64,000 bases of DNA from Candidatus Falkowbacteria bacterium RIFOXYA2_FULL_47_19 (GCA_001780275.1 MFGB01000020.1:40813-104812); one strand, 5' to 3'; positions 1-7,999 are shown, counted from the stretch's first letter. Notes: generated by a model from the sequence alone, not told the origin. Translations and numbers: made by a program.

Positions 1-198
1 GACCGCGCGACCTATATTCCTCTCATGGGACTTATTTCGATCTACGCGTCTTTTACGCTTTACGCGTTCATGGTCCCGATATTTTCCTTGGGCCTGATCT
101 CGGCTTTTGTATATCTGCCGCTGATATTTTTTCTTTTGAACGCCGCCGGCAATGCTTTAAAAAAACAAGCTCCCGTGATAATAAAAACGGACCGATAA
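1..198 (+). CDS. C-terminal fragment of a membrane protein (5' end outside window)
   Basis: Frame 1 is open from base 1 to TAA at 196-198. The translation ...PLMGLISIYASFTLYAFMVPIFSLGLISAFVYLPLIFFLLN... is TM-like. It is absent from the ORF track only because no start codon lies in the window. Confidence 0.4.
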   Translation, partial: DRATYIPLMGLISIYASFTLYAFMVPIFSLGLISAFVYLPLIFFLLNAAGNALKKQAPVIIKTDR

Positions 199-233
199 TT
201 CATTTATTCCCGAAAACATGTTAAAATAAGATT

Positions 234-986
234 ATGGATTACCGCGAGCTCGTGAACTTGGGTTTAAGCGAAAAAGAGGCTAAAGTATATTTAGCCGCTT
301 TGGAATTGGGAAAATCGCCCGTATCCCCCATAGCTCAAAAAGCGCAGGTAAACCGGGCTACGACCTATGTCATAATCGAGGGTCTTATGCAAAAAGGATT
401 GATGACCGTTTCAGAAGAAGAGAAAATACAATGTTTCGCGGCCGAATCGCCGGACAAGCTCGGGCTTTTATTCCGTGAACGGGAGATGGCGATCGCACGC
501 CAGCGGGAGTATCTCGAGAAGCTTCTTCCTCAATTGCGCTCGCTCGACAATACGAGCAAAGATAAACCGGTGGTCAAATACTATTCCGGACGGAGCGGCG
601 TTATCGCAATGGTCGAAAGCCTTCTGGACGATATCAAGGATACTACCGTCAAAATGGCCTTTTCGGTGGACGCGGTCGAAAATTTCTTCACGCCGGAAGA
701 GAGTTCGCGCTGGCGGAAAAAAAGGCTGCAAAAAAATATTACCACCAAGGTGATATACACCATGAAAAAGGGGAAACTGTCCGAAGTGGAAAAAAGCCGC
801 GACCGGAAAGTGCCGTTGGAAAAATACCCGATAAAAAGCGATATCGCGATTTACGGCGATAAAGTCAGGATAGCTTCTTTGGGCGGACGCCTTATGGGTA
901 TAGTGATCGAGGACCGGGAGATCGCCGATACTTTTCGGGCCATCCTGGATCTCGCCTGGGAAGGGGCGGAAAAATACCGGGAATAA
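234..986 (+). CDS. TrmB-family HTH transcriptional regulator
   Basis: The N-terminus LGLSEKEAKVYLAALELGKSPVSPIAQKAQVNRATTYVIIEGLMQKGL is the typical TrmB winged-helix signature. A hairpin terminator follows at 1009-1034. Confidence 0.75.
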   Translation: MDYRELVNLGLSEKEAKVYLAALELGKSPVSPIAQKAQVNRATTYVIIEGLMQKGLMTVSEEEKIQCFAAESPDKLGLLFREREMAIARQREYLEKLLPQLRSLDNTSKDKPVVKYYSGRSGVIAMVESLLDDIKDTTVKMAFSVDAVENFFTPEESSRWRKKRLQKNITTKVIYTMKKGKLSEVEKSRDRKVPLEKYPIKSDIAIYGDKVRIASLGGRLMGIVIEDREIADTFRAILDLAWEGAEKYRE

Positions 987-1008
987 GCCGATATCTTCCA
1001 TATTTAAA

Positions 1009-1034
1009 ATCCCGCTTTAGGGCGGGATATTTTT
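1009..1034. terminator. Bidirectional hairpin terminator between convergent genes
   Basis: atcccgc-tttag-ggcgggat stem-loop followed by a T-run, with an A-run upstream. Confidence 0.6.
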
Positions 1035-1620
1035 ATTGAAAGAACCTGCAGATAATTCGCGCTTGCCTGGGTACTTCCGGCGGAATTATCACTAAAGTCA
1101 CTTTATCGAAATTAGCCTGCGTTCTGCCGTTCAGCCTGATCTCTAAGGGCATGCCTTGATACAGGCTTAACTCCGAAGCAGTGTAAACCGCGCGCGATAG
1201 CGAAAATTTTCCCGGCGTAATATCCAGAGAAGATTCGGAGACGAGAATATTGTCGCCGGCGCATAATTCGACCGAATAATTTCCGCAGGGATGGTCAGTC
1301 CTTTTGCCCACGTAAACTTCGAGGACATAGGTAAAACCCGCGGCCAGCTTCTCTTTTAAAACCTGTCTTATTGATCCGCCGTTTGTCCAGGCAACATTAT
1401 GCCCGTCCGGAACTCCCCCGGGGTAGATGAATATATCGGGCCGGAACGTCCCCGCGAGTCGCGGTCCGACTACCCTCCAGCCGGATATGATATTATTGAC
1501 CCAGGTTCCGCCCTGGCCCATTATCCAGTTCTGTCCGGGCTTATCCTCCTCAAATGAAGGGTTATCGACGCGGGCTTCATAAATACCTTCTTTCGTTATT
1601 TCTTTTCGCTTGTCTTCCAT
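1033..1620 (-). CDS. Hypothetical protein (beta-sandwich / carbohydrate-binding-like composition)
   Basis: 195-aa ORF with SD-like gggagacgg upstream of the ATG. No family recognised with certainty. Confidence 0.55.
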   Translation of the reverse strand: MEDKRKEITKEGIYEARVDNPSFEEDKPGQNWIMGQGGTWVNNIISGWRVVGPRLAGTFRPDIFIYPGGVPDGHNVAWTNGGSIRQVLKEKLAAGFTYVLEVYVGKRTDHPCGNYSVELCAGDNILVSESSLDITPGKFSLSRAVYTASELSLYQGMPLEIRLNGRTQANFDKVTLVIIPPEVPRQARIICRFFQ

Positions 1621-1740
1621 TTATCCGTCTCCCTTGCAGCGAATATCATGAGTCACTTCTAAAAAAACCTTTACAATAAAATTATGTCTTAAAAATATTA
1701 AAAAACGCTTAAATAACGCGGACGACTTTCGATTTTTTTA

Positions 1741-1771
1741 TAATAAAACGGCCCCGGATCTTTCCGGGGCC
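1741..1771 (-). terminator. Intrinsic terminator after the interrupted small basic ORF
   Basis: Minus strand reads ggccccgg-aaagat-ccggggcc followed by gttttatta. Confidence 0.55.
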
Positions 1772-1788
1772 TTGATGTTATGGCGCGG

Positions 1789-2001
1789 CTATTTTATCAT
1801 TTGTTCCTCTTTTCGGTTTAAGGTGCGATGCTTTTGCGGATACTCTTCCGCGGTCTTGGCCGACAATCTTAGATTAATTTACCGATTCATCTTTTTATTC
1901 TCCTTTCTTTTCGGCTTTACGCGGCCGGCTCTTTCCCTTACTGGGGTCCCCCGGTTCGAAAACCGGGGGCAATGCCCCTTCAGGGTTTTTTAGCGGCCCA
2001 T
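1789..2001 (-). pseudogene. SD-led 71-codon basic reading frame interrupted by two in-frame TAA codons (weak L35-like pattern)
   Basis: AGGAGG lies 7 nt upstream of the ATG at 2001. The frame reads MGR*KTLKGHCPRFSNRGTPVRERAGRVKPKRKENKKMNR*INLRLSAKTAEEYPQKHRTLNRKEEQMIK*. A terminator lies directly downstream. Confidence 0.3.
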
Positions 2002-2295
2002 GGTAAGCCTCCTGATTTTTGTTGGCGTTTAAAAAAATATTTATGGGTAACACGTAAATGAATCTTAGCGTATTTTAGTAATTCTGTCAATAGCTGCTGA
2101 CAAAATTTAAAATGTGAGTCTGAATTATGTTTTTTATAGGGCATTTTAACTAAAAACAAAAGTTAAAATAAATAAACAAATAAAAATAACATAATAATCA
2201 ATTTTTTAGTTGTATATAATCAACAAATATTTTAGTTTATTTTTATTTAAAATAGGCTAAAAAATATATATATTTTAATATTTTGTCAAAGACTA

Positions 2296-2324
2296 TTGAC
2301 AATATTTTTTAACCATGCTAAGCT
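2296..2324 (+). promoter_or_regulatory. Sigma70-like promoter
   Basis: TTGACA, 17-nt spacer, TAAGCT, at the end of a long AT-rich tract upstream of the small-ORF pair. Confidence 0.4.
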
Positions 2325-2373
2325 GGACTTAGATCGTTAATAAAACCAATAACAAAAGCCGGGAGAGAAGCTC

Positions 2374-2532
2374 ATGAAATTTACAAAAAAAGAATTAAAG
2401 CCGCTCGAAGGTTGCCGGGGATGCGCAAAAAAATGCCAATGGAACGGGCCCGTCGCCCCCAAAGATTCGGCCCAAAATAAGGACGTTAAATTTTATCCCT
2501 GCCACTCGCGAAACAATCCCGGCCAGAAGTAG
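2374..2532 (+). CDS. Possible 52-aa Cys-containing peptide
   Basis: ATG preceded by gggagagaag. Translation is MKFTKKELKPLEGCRGCAKKCQWNGPVAPKDSAQNKDVKFYPCHSRNNPGQK. It is below the ORF-track size cutoff and could instead be 5' UTR. Confidence 0.25.
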   Translation: MKFTKKELKPLEGCRGCAKKCQWNGPVAPKDSAQNKDVKFYPCHSRNNPGQK

Positions 2533-2567
2533 TCAAATTTTTTTACCACCCCCAAAAGGAGGATCAG

Positions 2568-2765
2568 ATGGCTAAACCGAAAAAAGAAGGCAAAAAAAAC
2601 CGCAAGATCGGGCGCGCCGCCCGTAAACCGGCTCATACGAGCTATACCCGCGAACGCCGCTGGGAGACGAACAAGGAGCGCCGGATGGCTCGCCAGGCCA
2701 AGTTCGAGGCCAAAAAAGAGGCCGAAACCCAATCTGCCGCCCAAGCCGGAAAAATTCCGGCCTAG
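2568..2765 (+). CDS. Small highly basic protein (65 aa), function unknown
   Basis: Strong SD aaaaggagga 6 nt before the ATG. The sequence is Lys/Arg-rich (MAKPKKEGKKNRKIGRAARKP...). A hairpin plus T-run terminator lies at about 2775-2812. Confidence 0.55.
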   Translation: MAKPKKEGKKNRKIGRAARKPAHTSYTRERRWETNKERRMARQAKFEAKKEAETQSAAQAGKIPA

Positions 2766-2921
2766 CCCTTATCGATCAATCCGGGGAGCCTAACCGCTCC
2801 CCTATTTTTTTTAAGGATCTTTTCGGATAACGACTTCAGACCTAGGCCGTTTTTAAATTTTAATTTTAACTTAATTTTATTGTCATACTATAAAACATAA
2901 AATAATTATTTAACTTAACAT

Positions 2922-3257
2922 ATGGAAATTTTAATATCGTGGGCAATCTCAGCGCTGATTATATTGGCGGCGGGCTATTTACTTCCCGGCATAAAGATAT
3001 CCGGATTTTTCTCGGCATTACTGGTGGCGTTGGTTTTGGGCATAATCAATGCGTTTATAAAGCCGCTTTTATTGCTCCTAACATTGCCGATAAACATCCT
3101 GACGCTTGGTTTGTTTACCCTGGTAATAAACGCCCTCTTGGTCATGCTTGTGGCCGCGATCGTTCCCGGTTTCCAAGTAAAAAATTTCTGGTGGGCGCTT
3201 TTATTCAGCGTGTGTTTATGGGCGGCCAATTGGCTTATGTCCCGTGTTTTTACTTAA
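2922..3257 (+). CDS. Phage-holin-family-IV / DUF360-type small membrane protein
   Basis: Four TM segments. The pattern LLPGIKISGFFSALLVALVLGIINAFIKPLLLLLTLPINILTLGLFTLVINALLV is typical of that family. Confidence 0.7.
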   Translation: MEILISWAISALIILAAGYLLPGIKISGFFSALLVALVLGIINAFIKPLLLLLTLPINILTLGLFTLVINALLVMLVAAIVPGFQVKNFWWALLFSVCLWAANWLMSRVFT

Positions 3258-3262
3258 ATCGA

Positions 3263-3610
3263 ATGCCGGCTATAACGATAAAACGCGTTTACGAAGAACC
3301 GTCCGAAAAGGACGGTTTGCGGATTTTAGTCGACCGGCTTTGGCCTCGCGGATTGAATAAAGAAAAAGCGACCATTGATCTTTGGCTTAAAGATATCGCC
3401 CCCAGCGAAGATCTGAGAAAATGGTTCGGACACGATCCCGGCAAATGGGCCGAATTCAAAAAAAGATACGGGCAGGAGCTCCGGGGGAATCGATCGGCTT
3501 TAGAGGCGCTGAAGATAATTGTCCGGGAAAATCACCGGGTCTGCCTGCTTTACGCGGCCAAAGACGAAAAGCACAATAACGCTGCCGTTTTATTAAAATA
3601 CTTAAAATAA
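3263..3610 (+). CDS. DUF488 (YeaO-like) family protein
   Basis: MPAITIKRVYEEPSEKDGLRILVDRLWPRGL.KEKA.IDLWLKDIAPS..LRKWFGHDP.KW..F matches the DUF488 pattern. This is the internal ATG of the long track ORF 2939..3610. Confidence 0.8.
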   Translation: MPAITIKRVYEEPSEKDGLRILVDRLWPRGLNKEKATIDLWLKDIAPSEDLRKWFGHDPGKWAEFKKRYGQELRGNRSALEALKIIVRENHRVCLLYAAKDEKHNNAAVLLKYLK

Positions 3611-3699
3611 TAACCCGATAAATTCAAGGAGGAAACCGTCTTTTTTTAAGGGCGGTTTTATTTGCCAATAAGGATGTATGTTGTTAAAATGAAAATAAT

Positions 3700-4434
3700 A
3701 TGGATAAATCGATCATCATCATTCTTATCGCCCTGGCCGGACCCCTCTTGGGCGCCGTACTCGGCATCTGCGGGCGTTACAAGGAAAAGCAGGTATATTA
3801 TCTTCTAAGTTTCGCCGCCGGTGTAATGGCGTTTATTTCGATTTTCGAGCTTTTACCTGAAAGCCTTATTCATGGTTACGTTTTTCACTCTGTCCTGGGC
3901 TTGCTTTCGGGCGGTCTCGTCATGCACGTCTTAAATATCGTTTTACCGCATTTCCATCACCCGGAATGCGGCCAAAACAAGCTTAAACGCGCGACTTTAT
4001 TCGTTTTTTTAGGGATTGCCATCCATAATCTGCCGGAAGGCGCGGCTATCGGCATTGGAGCGTTCGCTGATTTAAAATTTTCCCTGGTTATCGCGCTGGC
4101 TATAGCGCTTCACGATATCCCCGAAGCTATTTGCGTCGCCGCGCCGCTCTATTCCGTTACCGGAAAAAAATGGAAATCTTTTTTTCTGGCGCTCTTGGCG
4201 GCCGTCCCCACGATTCTGGGATTTTTATTGACTTATTATTTCCTGGGAGATATCTCTTTAAAGACTTTAAGCCTCGTCATAAGTTTTACAGCCGGCGTTA
4301 TGCTCTATATTTCTTTCTTCGAAATAATTCCCGTCGTACTTGAAGGCCGCCTGGGAAAAAAATATGCCGGCGCCTGCTTTATGGCCGGTGTTTTACTGGT
4401 CTTCATTTTAGAGAAGATACTCGACTTGAATTAA
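3700..4434 (+). CDS. zupT: ZIP-family divalent metal (zinc) transporter
   Basis: Contains HNLPEGAAIG and HDIPEA metal-site motifs in a polytopic membrane protein. Overall layout resembles ZupT. Confidence 0.8.
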   Translation: MDKSIIIILIALAGPLLGAVLGICGRYKEKQVYYLLSFAAGVMAFISIFELLPESLIHGYVFHSVLGLLSGGLVMHVLNIVLPHFHHPECGQNKLKRATLFVFLGIAIHNLPEGAAIGIGAFADLKFSLVIALAIALHDIPEAICVAAPLYSVTGKKWKSFFLALLAAVPTILGFLLTYYFLGDISLKTLSLVISFTAGVMLYISFFEIIPVVLEGRLGKKYAGACFMAGVLLVFILEKILDLN

Positions 4435-4446
4435 GACCGTAATCAT

Positions 4447-5556
4447 ATGAAAAACGCGATAGCGATAATAACGCTTCTCTTTCTCTTCTGCCCGTATGTT
4501 TCCCGCGCGCAGGAAACGCCCGAAAAAGACGAAATTTTTCAGGCGCGGATAATCGCCGTGATCGCGGAGGAAGAAAAAACCGCCGATGACGGCAGTAAGT
4601 TCATCCAGCAGCATCTTAAATTGATCGGCCTTGAGGGCAGATACGACGACAAAGAATTCGAATTTAACGGTATCGGCGATATCGATGTTCTAAGTAAACA
4701 CGTCTTCGCGCCGGGCGACAAAGTAACTGTGGCGGCCAGCTACGGAGAAGGAAGCGAAGTTAATTTTTATATAGTGGATTTTGTCCGCTCGGAATCCCTC
4801 TGGCTGCTCGCCGCCCTTTTTTTGGCGGCTTTGCTCGCGATCGGCCGATTTAAAGGCTTTCGATCCCTTATAGCCTTGACCATCACCTTTCTGATCATAT
4901 TGAAATACATGATCCCGCAGATACTCTCCGGCACCGACCCTCTTTTAGTTACGGCGATCGGGTCCGTCCTGATACTCTTCTCTATAATATATATTACCGA
5001 GGGTTTTTGCTCCCGGGCGAACATATCGATATTAAGCATATTTTTAAGCCTGATATTAACGGTGGTCCTGGCGAATATCTTCGTCGGATTAACGAAGCTT
5101 ACGGGCGTAACCAGCGAAGACGTCCTTTTCCTGTCGGATATCGGGGGCGCGTCCCTGAATCTGCAGGGGCTTCTTTTGGCCGGGATCATCATCGGCACTC
5201 TCGGGGTTCTGGATGATATCGTAATTTCCCAGGTGGCTACGGTCGAACAGATAATCAGGGCTAATCCCGGTTTAACCAAAAAAGAATTATTCGGCAAGGC
5301 CTATGACGTGGGCACGTCCCATATCGCCTCTATGACCAACACCCTTTTTCTCGCTTACGCCGGCGCCTCATTGCCCCTTCTTGTTCTCTTCGCGTCCGGG
5401 GCAAGCGCCTTCACGGGCTGGGCGCAAGCCGTAAACACCGAACTCATCGCCACGGAGATCGTCCGGACGCTGGCGGGAAGCATCGGCCTCGTCTTGGCGG
5501 TTCCGATCTCCACCTATATCGCGGTTCTGTGGCATAAAAGAACCGGGATGCGTTAA
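4447..5556 (+). CDS. YibE/F-family membrane protein
   Basis: Signal/TM segment, soluble N-domain, then a multi-TM region with GVLDDIVISQVATVEQ and GTSHIASMTNTLFLAYAG motifs. Confidence 0.6.
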   Translation: MKNAIAIITLLFLFCPYVSRAQETPEKDEIFQARIIAVIAEEEKTADDGSKFIQQHLKLIGLEGRYDDKEFEFNGIGDIDVLSKHVFAPGDKVTVAASYGEGSEVNFYIVDFVRSESLWLLAALFLAALLAIGRFKGFRSLIALTITFLIILKYMIPQILSGTDPLLVTAIGSVLILFSIIYITEGFCSRANISILSIFLSLILTVVLANIFVGLTKLTGVTSEDVLFLSDIGGASLNLQGLLLAGIIIGTLGVLDDIVISQVATVEQIIRANPGLTKKELFGKAYDVGTSHIASMTNTLFLAYAGASLPLLVLFASGASAFTGWAQAVNTELIATEIVRTLAGSIGLVLAVPISTYIAVLWHKRTGMR

Positions 5557-5778
5557 TTCTTGCATTTTTTTTAATACTTTGCTAATATAATTTTGAAACA
5601 AAAAATGATATTGCGTGAATATTTTTTAATACTCGAAGAAATCCACCGGCGAAGCTGGTCGTCCACGGTTTCAAGTTGCGGACGAAGTCAGATATGTTCA
5701 TTTTAGGAATAAACGGATTCGAAATATATCGATAGTGGGTTTGCCCGTATGATCATTGTTGTTTGTCATTCCCGCGAA

Positions 5779-5954
5779 AGCGGGAATCCAGCCTGCCTGC
5801 CGGCAGGCAGGGGGTAGGCGGGATTAGCCATGCATTACGTATGTAATTGTCGGTACGGATTAATCCTGGATCCCCGATATCCGCCCCGGGCGGATTCGGG
5901 GATGACAAATTAACGTTTTGGAGAAGAGGACGAAGTCGGTGTGTAGCTTAACAT
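5779..5954 (+). repeat. Hairpin-rich intergenic repeat, copy A (second copy at 51092-51302)
   Basis: Contains tcccgcg-aaa-gcggga, the palindrome cctgcctgccggcaggcagg, and a roughly 15-bp hairpin atccccgatatccgcc/ggcggattcggggat, ending in gtcggtgtgtagcttaa. It aligns with copy B with loop differences and a G-U-compatible change. Confidence 0.7.
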
Positions 5955-5962
5955 ATAATTCT

Positions 5963-6059
5963 GCCCGGATGGTGAAATGGTAGACACGAGAGACTTAACC
6001 ATGCACCACGAAGGGTGCATGGTTACCCGGAACCCGACGTGGTTCCGGGTAAAATCTCC
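5963..6059 (+). pseudogene. tRNA-Leu(TAA) 5' half with a 54-nt double-hairpin insertion in the anticodon loop (no variable arm, T arm or 3' acceptor)
   Basis: 5959-5998 is identical to 6328-6367. After cttaa come two perfect hairpins (5999-6022 and 6023-6052). The anticodon-arm 3' side then resumes as aatctcc. Confidence 0.6.
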
Positions 6060-6073
6060 ACTCGATATGTTTT

Positions 6074-6325
6074 ATGTATTTCGTTTATATATTATTAATG
6101 AATAATAAAAAGCTGTACACGGGCTATACATCAAACATAAAAAGAAGGCTGAATGAACACAAACGAGGAGCGAATGAAACAACTAAAAAATATTTACCAA
6201 TAAAACTGATATTCTGTGAAATATTTTTAAACAAAAAAGACGCCGAGAGAAGGGAAAAGTATTTTAAAACGAGTAAGGGAAAAAGCACTATAAAATTAAT
6301 GTTACGGGAATATTTTCAAAAATAA
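6074..6325 (+). CDS. Small GIY-YIG nuclease-superfamily protein
   Basis: Motifs are FVYIL...LYTGYTSN..RRL.EH, and the protein is only 83 aa (catalytic domain only). It sits between the tRNA-Leu half-copy and the intact tRNA-Leu. Confidence 0.8.
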   Translation: MYFVYILLMNNKKLYTGYTSNIKRRLNEHKRGANETTKKYLPIKLIFCEIFLNKKDAERREKYFKTSKGKSTIKLMLREYFQK

Positions 6326-6331
6326 TTTTCT

Positions 6332-6414
6332 GCCCGGATGGTGAAATGGTAGACACGAGAGACTTAAAATCTCTTGGCCGCAAGGCCATGCCGGTTCAAG
6401 TCCGGCTCCGGGCA
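6332..6414 (+). tRNA. tRNA-Leu (anticodon TAA), class II long variable arm, CCA not encoded
   Basis: Acceptor gcccgga/tccgggc, anticodon arm agaga-cttaaaa-tctct, variable arm tggccgcaaggccat, T arm gccgg-ttcaagt-ccggc. Confidence 0.9.
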
Positions 6415-6423
6415 CAAACAAAA

Positions 6424-6449
6424 GGCCGCGCCACAGCGCGGTCTTTTTG
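6424..6449 (+). terminator. Intrinsic terminator after tRNA-Leu
   Basis: ggccgcgc-caca-gcgcggtc followed by ttttt. Confidence 0.65.
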
Positions 6450-6528
6450 ATTTAAGCTATGCTTTCGCAAATGCATGCAGTATGTAAAAAGCCTAAAAAT
6501 ATAACTGTTTTATTATCACAACGAAACA

Positions 6529-6557
6529 TTGACAAATTTAGATAAAACTGTTATACT
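6529..6557 (+). promoter_or_regulatory. Sigma70-like promoter
   Basis: TTGACA, 17-nt spacer, TATACT. Confidence 0.5.
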
Positions 6558-6748
6558 AATGAAATAAAAATTGCTTTAAATTTATAATCAATTTTTACTC
6601 AGGATCTTTGCTAACTTGCAGGCGAGTGTATTAATTATAACGCTTAATTGCGCTAACAGGATATTCAATGCGTTGCTCTTTAGAGACAAACCGCTAGTGC
6701 ATGGGACGGCGCGAGTCAAAAAACAAAAACAAAGAAAGGAATCACGTT

Positions 6749-7147
6749 ATGATCAGAGACATTTTTTCTTCTCTCTCGTCGTTCATAGACAAGTGTCTAG
6801 AGGTGCTACTCGTGTTTATCGCAGTTGGATTGCTGGGGCTGTTGATTTTCATCATGGTCGATTCCGTTGGGATAACTCCCACGAATACGACGACCACGGT
6901 AGTTGAGGTAAGACAGGTCGTTCCTGCTCACACTACAATACTTCTTCTTGGGGAGACCACCTTCCCACAGTATCACCCCGAATCCTATCGGCTATACTTT
7001 AAAATAGATGGGGAAAAAGTTTTTCTTACGGTTGGAAAAAAATTCTTCGCTGACGTCAAGGTCGGGGACATGATTGAGGTCGATTACGGGTTTGAAAGAT
7101 TGAGCAAGTTACCCCAGCCGATAAAAATCAGGCTGGTAACCAGATAA
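6749..7147 (+). CDS. Hypothetical membrane-anchored protein
   Basis: Internal ATG of track ORF 6701..7147, preceded by aaagaaagga. The N-terminal TM is LEVLLVFIAVGLLGLLIFIMV. A hairpin terminator lies at about 7162-7200. Confidence 0.55.
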   Translation: MIRDIFSSLSSFIDKCLEVLLVFIAVGLLGLLIFIMVDSVGITPTNTTTTVVEVRQVVPAHTTILLLGETTFPQYHPESYRLYFKIDGEKVFLTVGKKFFADVKVGDMIEVDYGFERLSKLPQPIKIRLVTR

Positions 7148-7380
7148 GCTGGACAAATCTCAAGGCCCCAGTGGTAGCAGTTACTACGTGGGGCCTTTTT
7201 ATTTTTACAATGAACCAAGAATTTGCCGCCAGTACTTTCCCGTTTTCGCAGGGAGACTTCCTTGCCCGGACTAATCCAAGTATTCCGCGATCTGAATTTC
7301 GAATGTCGATTGCCGATTGACGAATACAAAAACAGCGGCGCAAAAAATACGATCGATCGTGTATTCGCGCCGCTGTTTTT

Positions 7381-7899
7381 TTATTTCCAGATTTTTTTCA
7401 GTTTTTCGTTCAGACCGTATATTTCGCCGTCGCTTAGTCCGCCTTTGTTTTTGTCGTCATTATCGGCTTCGTCTATTTTTTCTTTTTTCCGGATGATCCG
7501 TTCCGCCCAATCGGTCGATCTTTCCAGGCGTACGCCATACCGAGTTTCACCCGCGGCCGCTTCCAGTCTTTGTCTCAATAAATTATCATCCGTAACCACG
7601 ACTATCCCTCGTTCCGCGCCGGCGAAATCTCCGCTTATGAAGCTTCCGCGCACCATCTCGACGATCTTGTCGTCGGCCGAACGGTAAAAATCGTCTTTGG
7701 GAGAGTAAATGACGGTCAAATTGTGGTCGATCAAAATTTTATCGCCCATTTTGTCTGTACCGTCAAAAACCAGCGTGATATTAACGCCCCTGTCCCGGTT
7801 AAATTCACGGATCATATCAATCAGCTTTCTGTCAAAATCATCCTGCCCGAGCATCTTTAATTTACCGGCTAAATTGTTTGCATCAATAATGAAGTGCAT
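7381..7899 (-). CDS. NYN-domain (YacP-like) predicted ribonuclease
   Basis: MHFIIDANNLAGK... and VNITLVFDG... match the YacP/NYN pattern. Confidence 0.7.
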   Translation of the reverse strand: MHFIIDANNLAGKLKMLGQDDFDRKLIDMIREFNRDRGVNITLVFDGTDKMGDKILIDHNLTVIYSPKDDFYRSADDKIVEMVRGSFISGDFAGAERGIVVVTDDNLLRQRLEAAAGETRYGVRLERSTDWAERIIRKKEKIDEADNDDKNKGGLSDGEIYGLNEKLKKIWK

Positions 7900-7999
7900 A
7901 TTTTATGCCCGCGAATTTTTGTAAGCTGAAAACCGCCAGTCGGCGGTTTTCATAAATTTTATTTAATATTTCTTATTCGTAATTCGAAATTCGACATTC

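Noticed and set aside
1772-1993. Plus-strand 73-aa ORF in the leader region upstream of 1033..1620
   Set aside because: It has no SD and an implausible Phe/Cys/Arg-rich sequence. It is antisense to the SD-led interrupted basic frame, which has its own terminator.
2939-3610. 223-aa track ORF spanning the holin-like gene region and the DUF488 gene
   Set aside because: Its first 108 residues are an out-of-frame shadow of the well-formed membrane ORF 2922..3257. Only the part from the internal ATG at 3263 (MPAITIKRVY...) matches a protein family.
5997-6363. Reading the whole interval between the two tRNA-Leu 5' halves as a group I intron (with a GIY-YIG homing endonuclease) at the classic U34/A35 site
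   Set aside because: The putative intron would have to contain a second full copy of the 5' exon, and I could not see the conserved group I core (P3-P7-P8 type pairings). A duplication or cassette insertion next to an intact, colinear tRNA is simpler. The idea is kept as a testable alternative in the finding.
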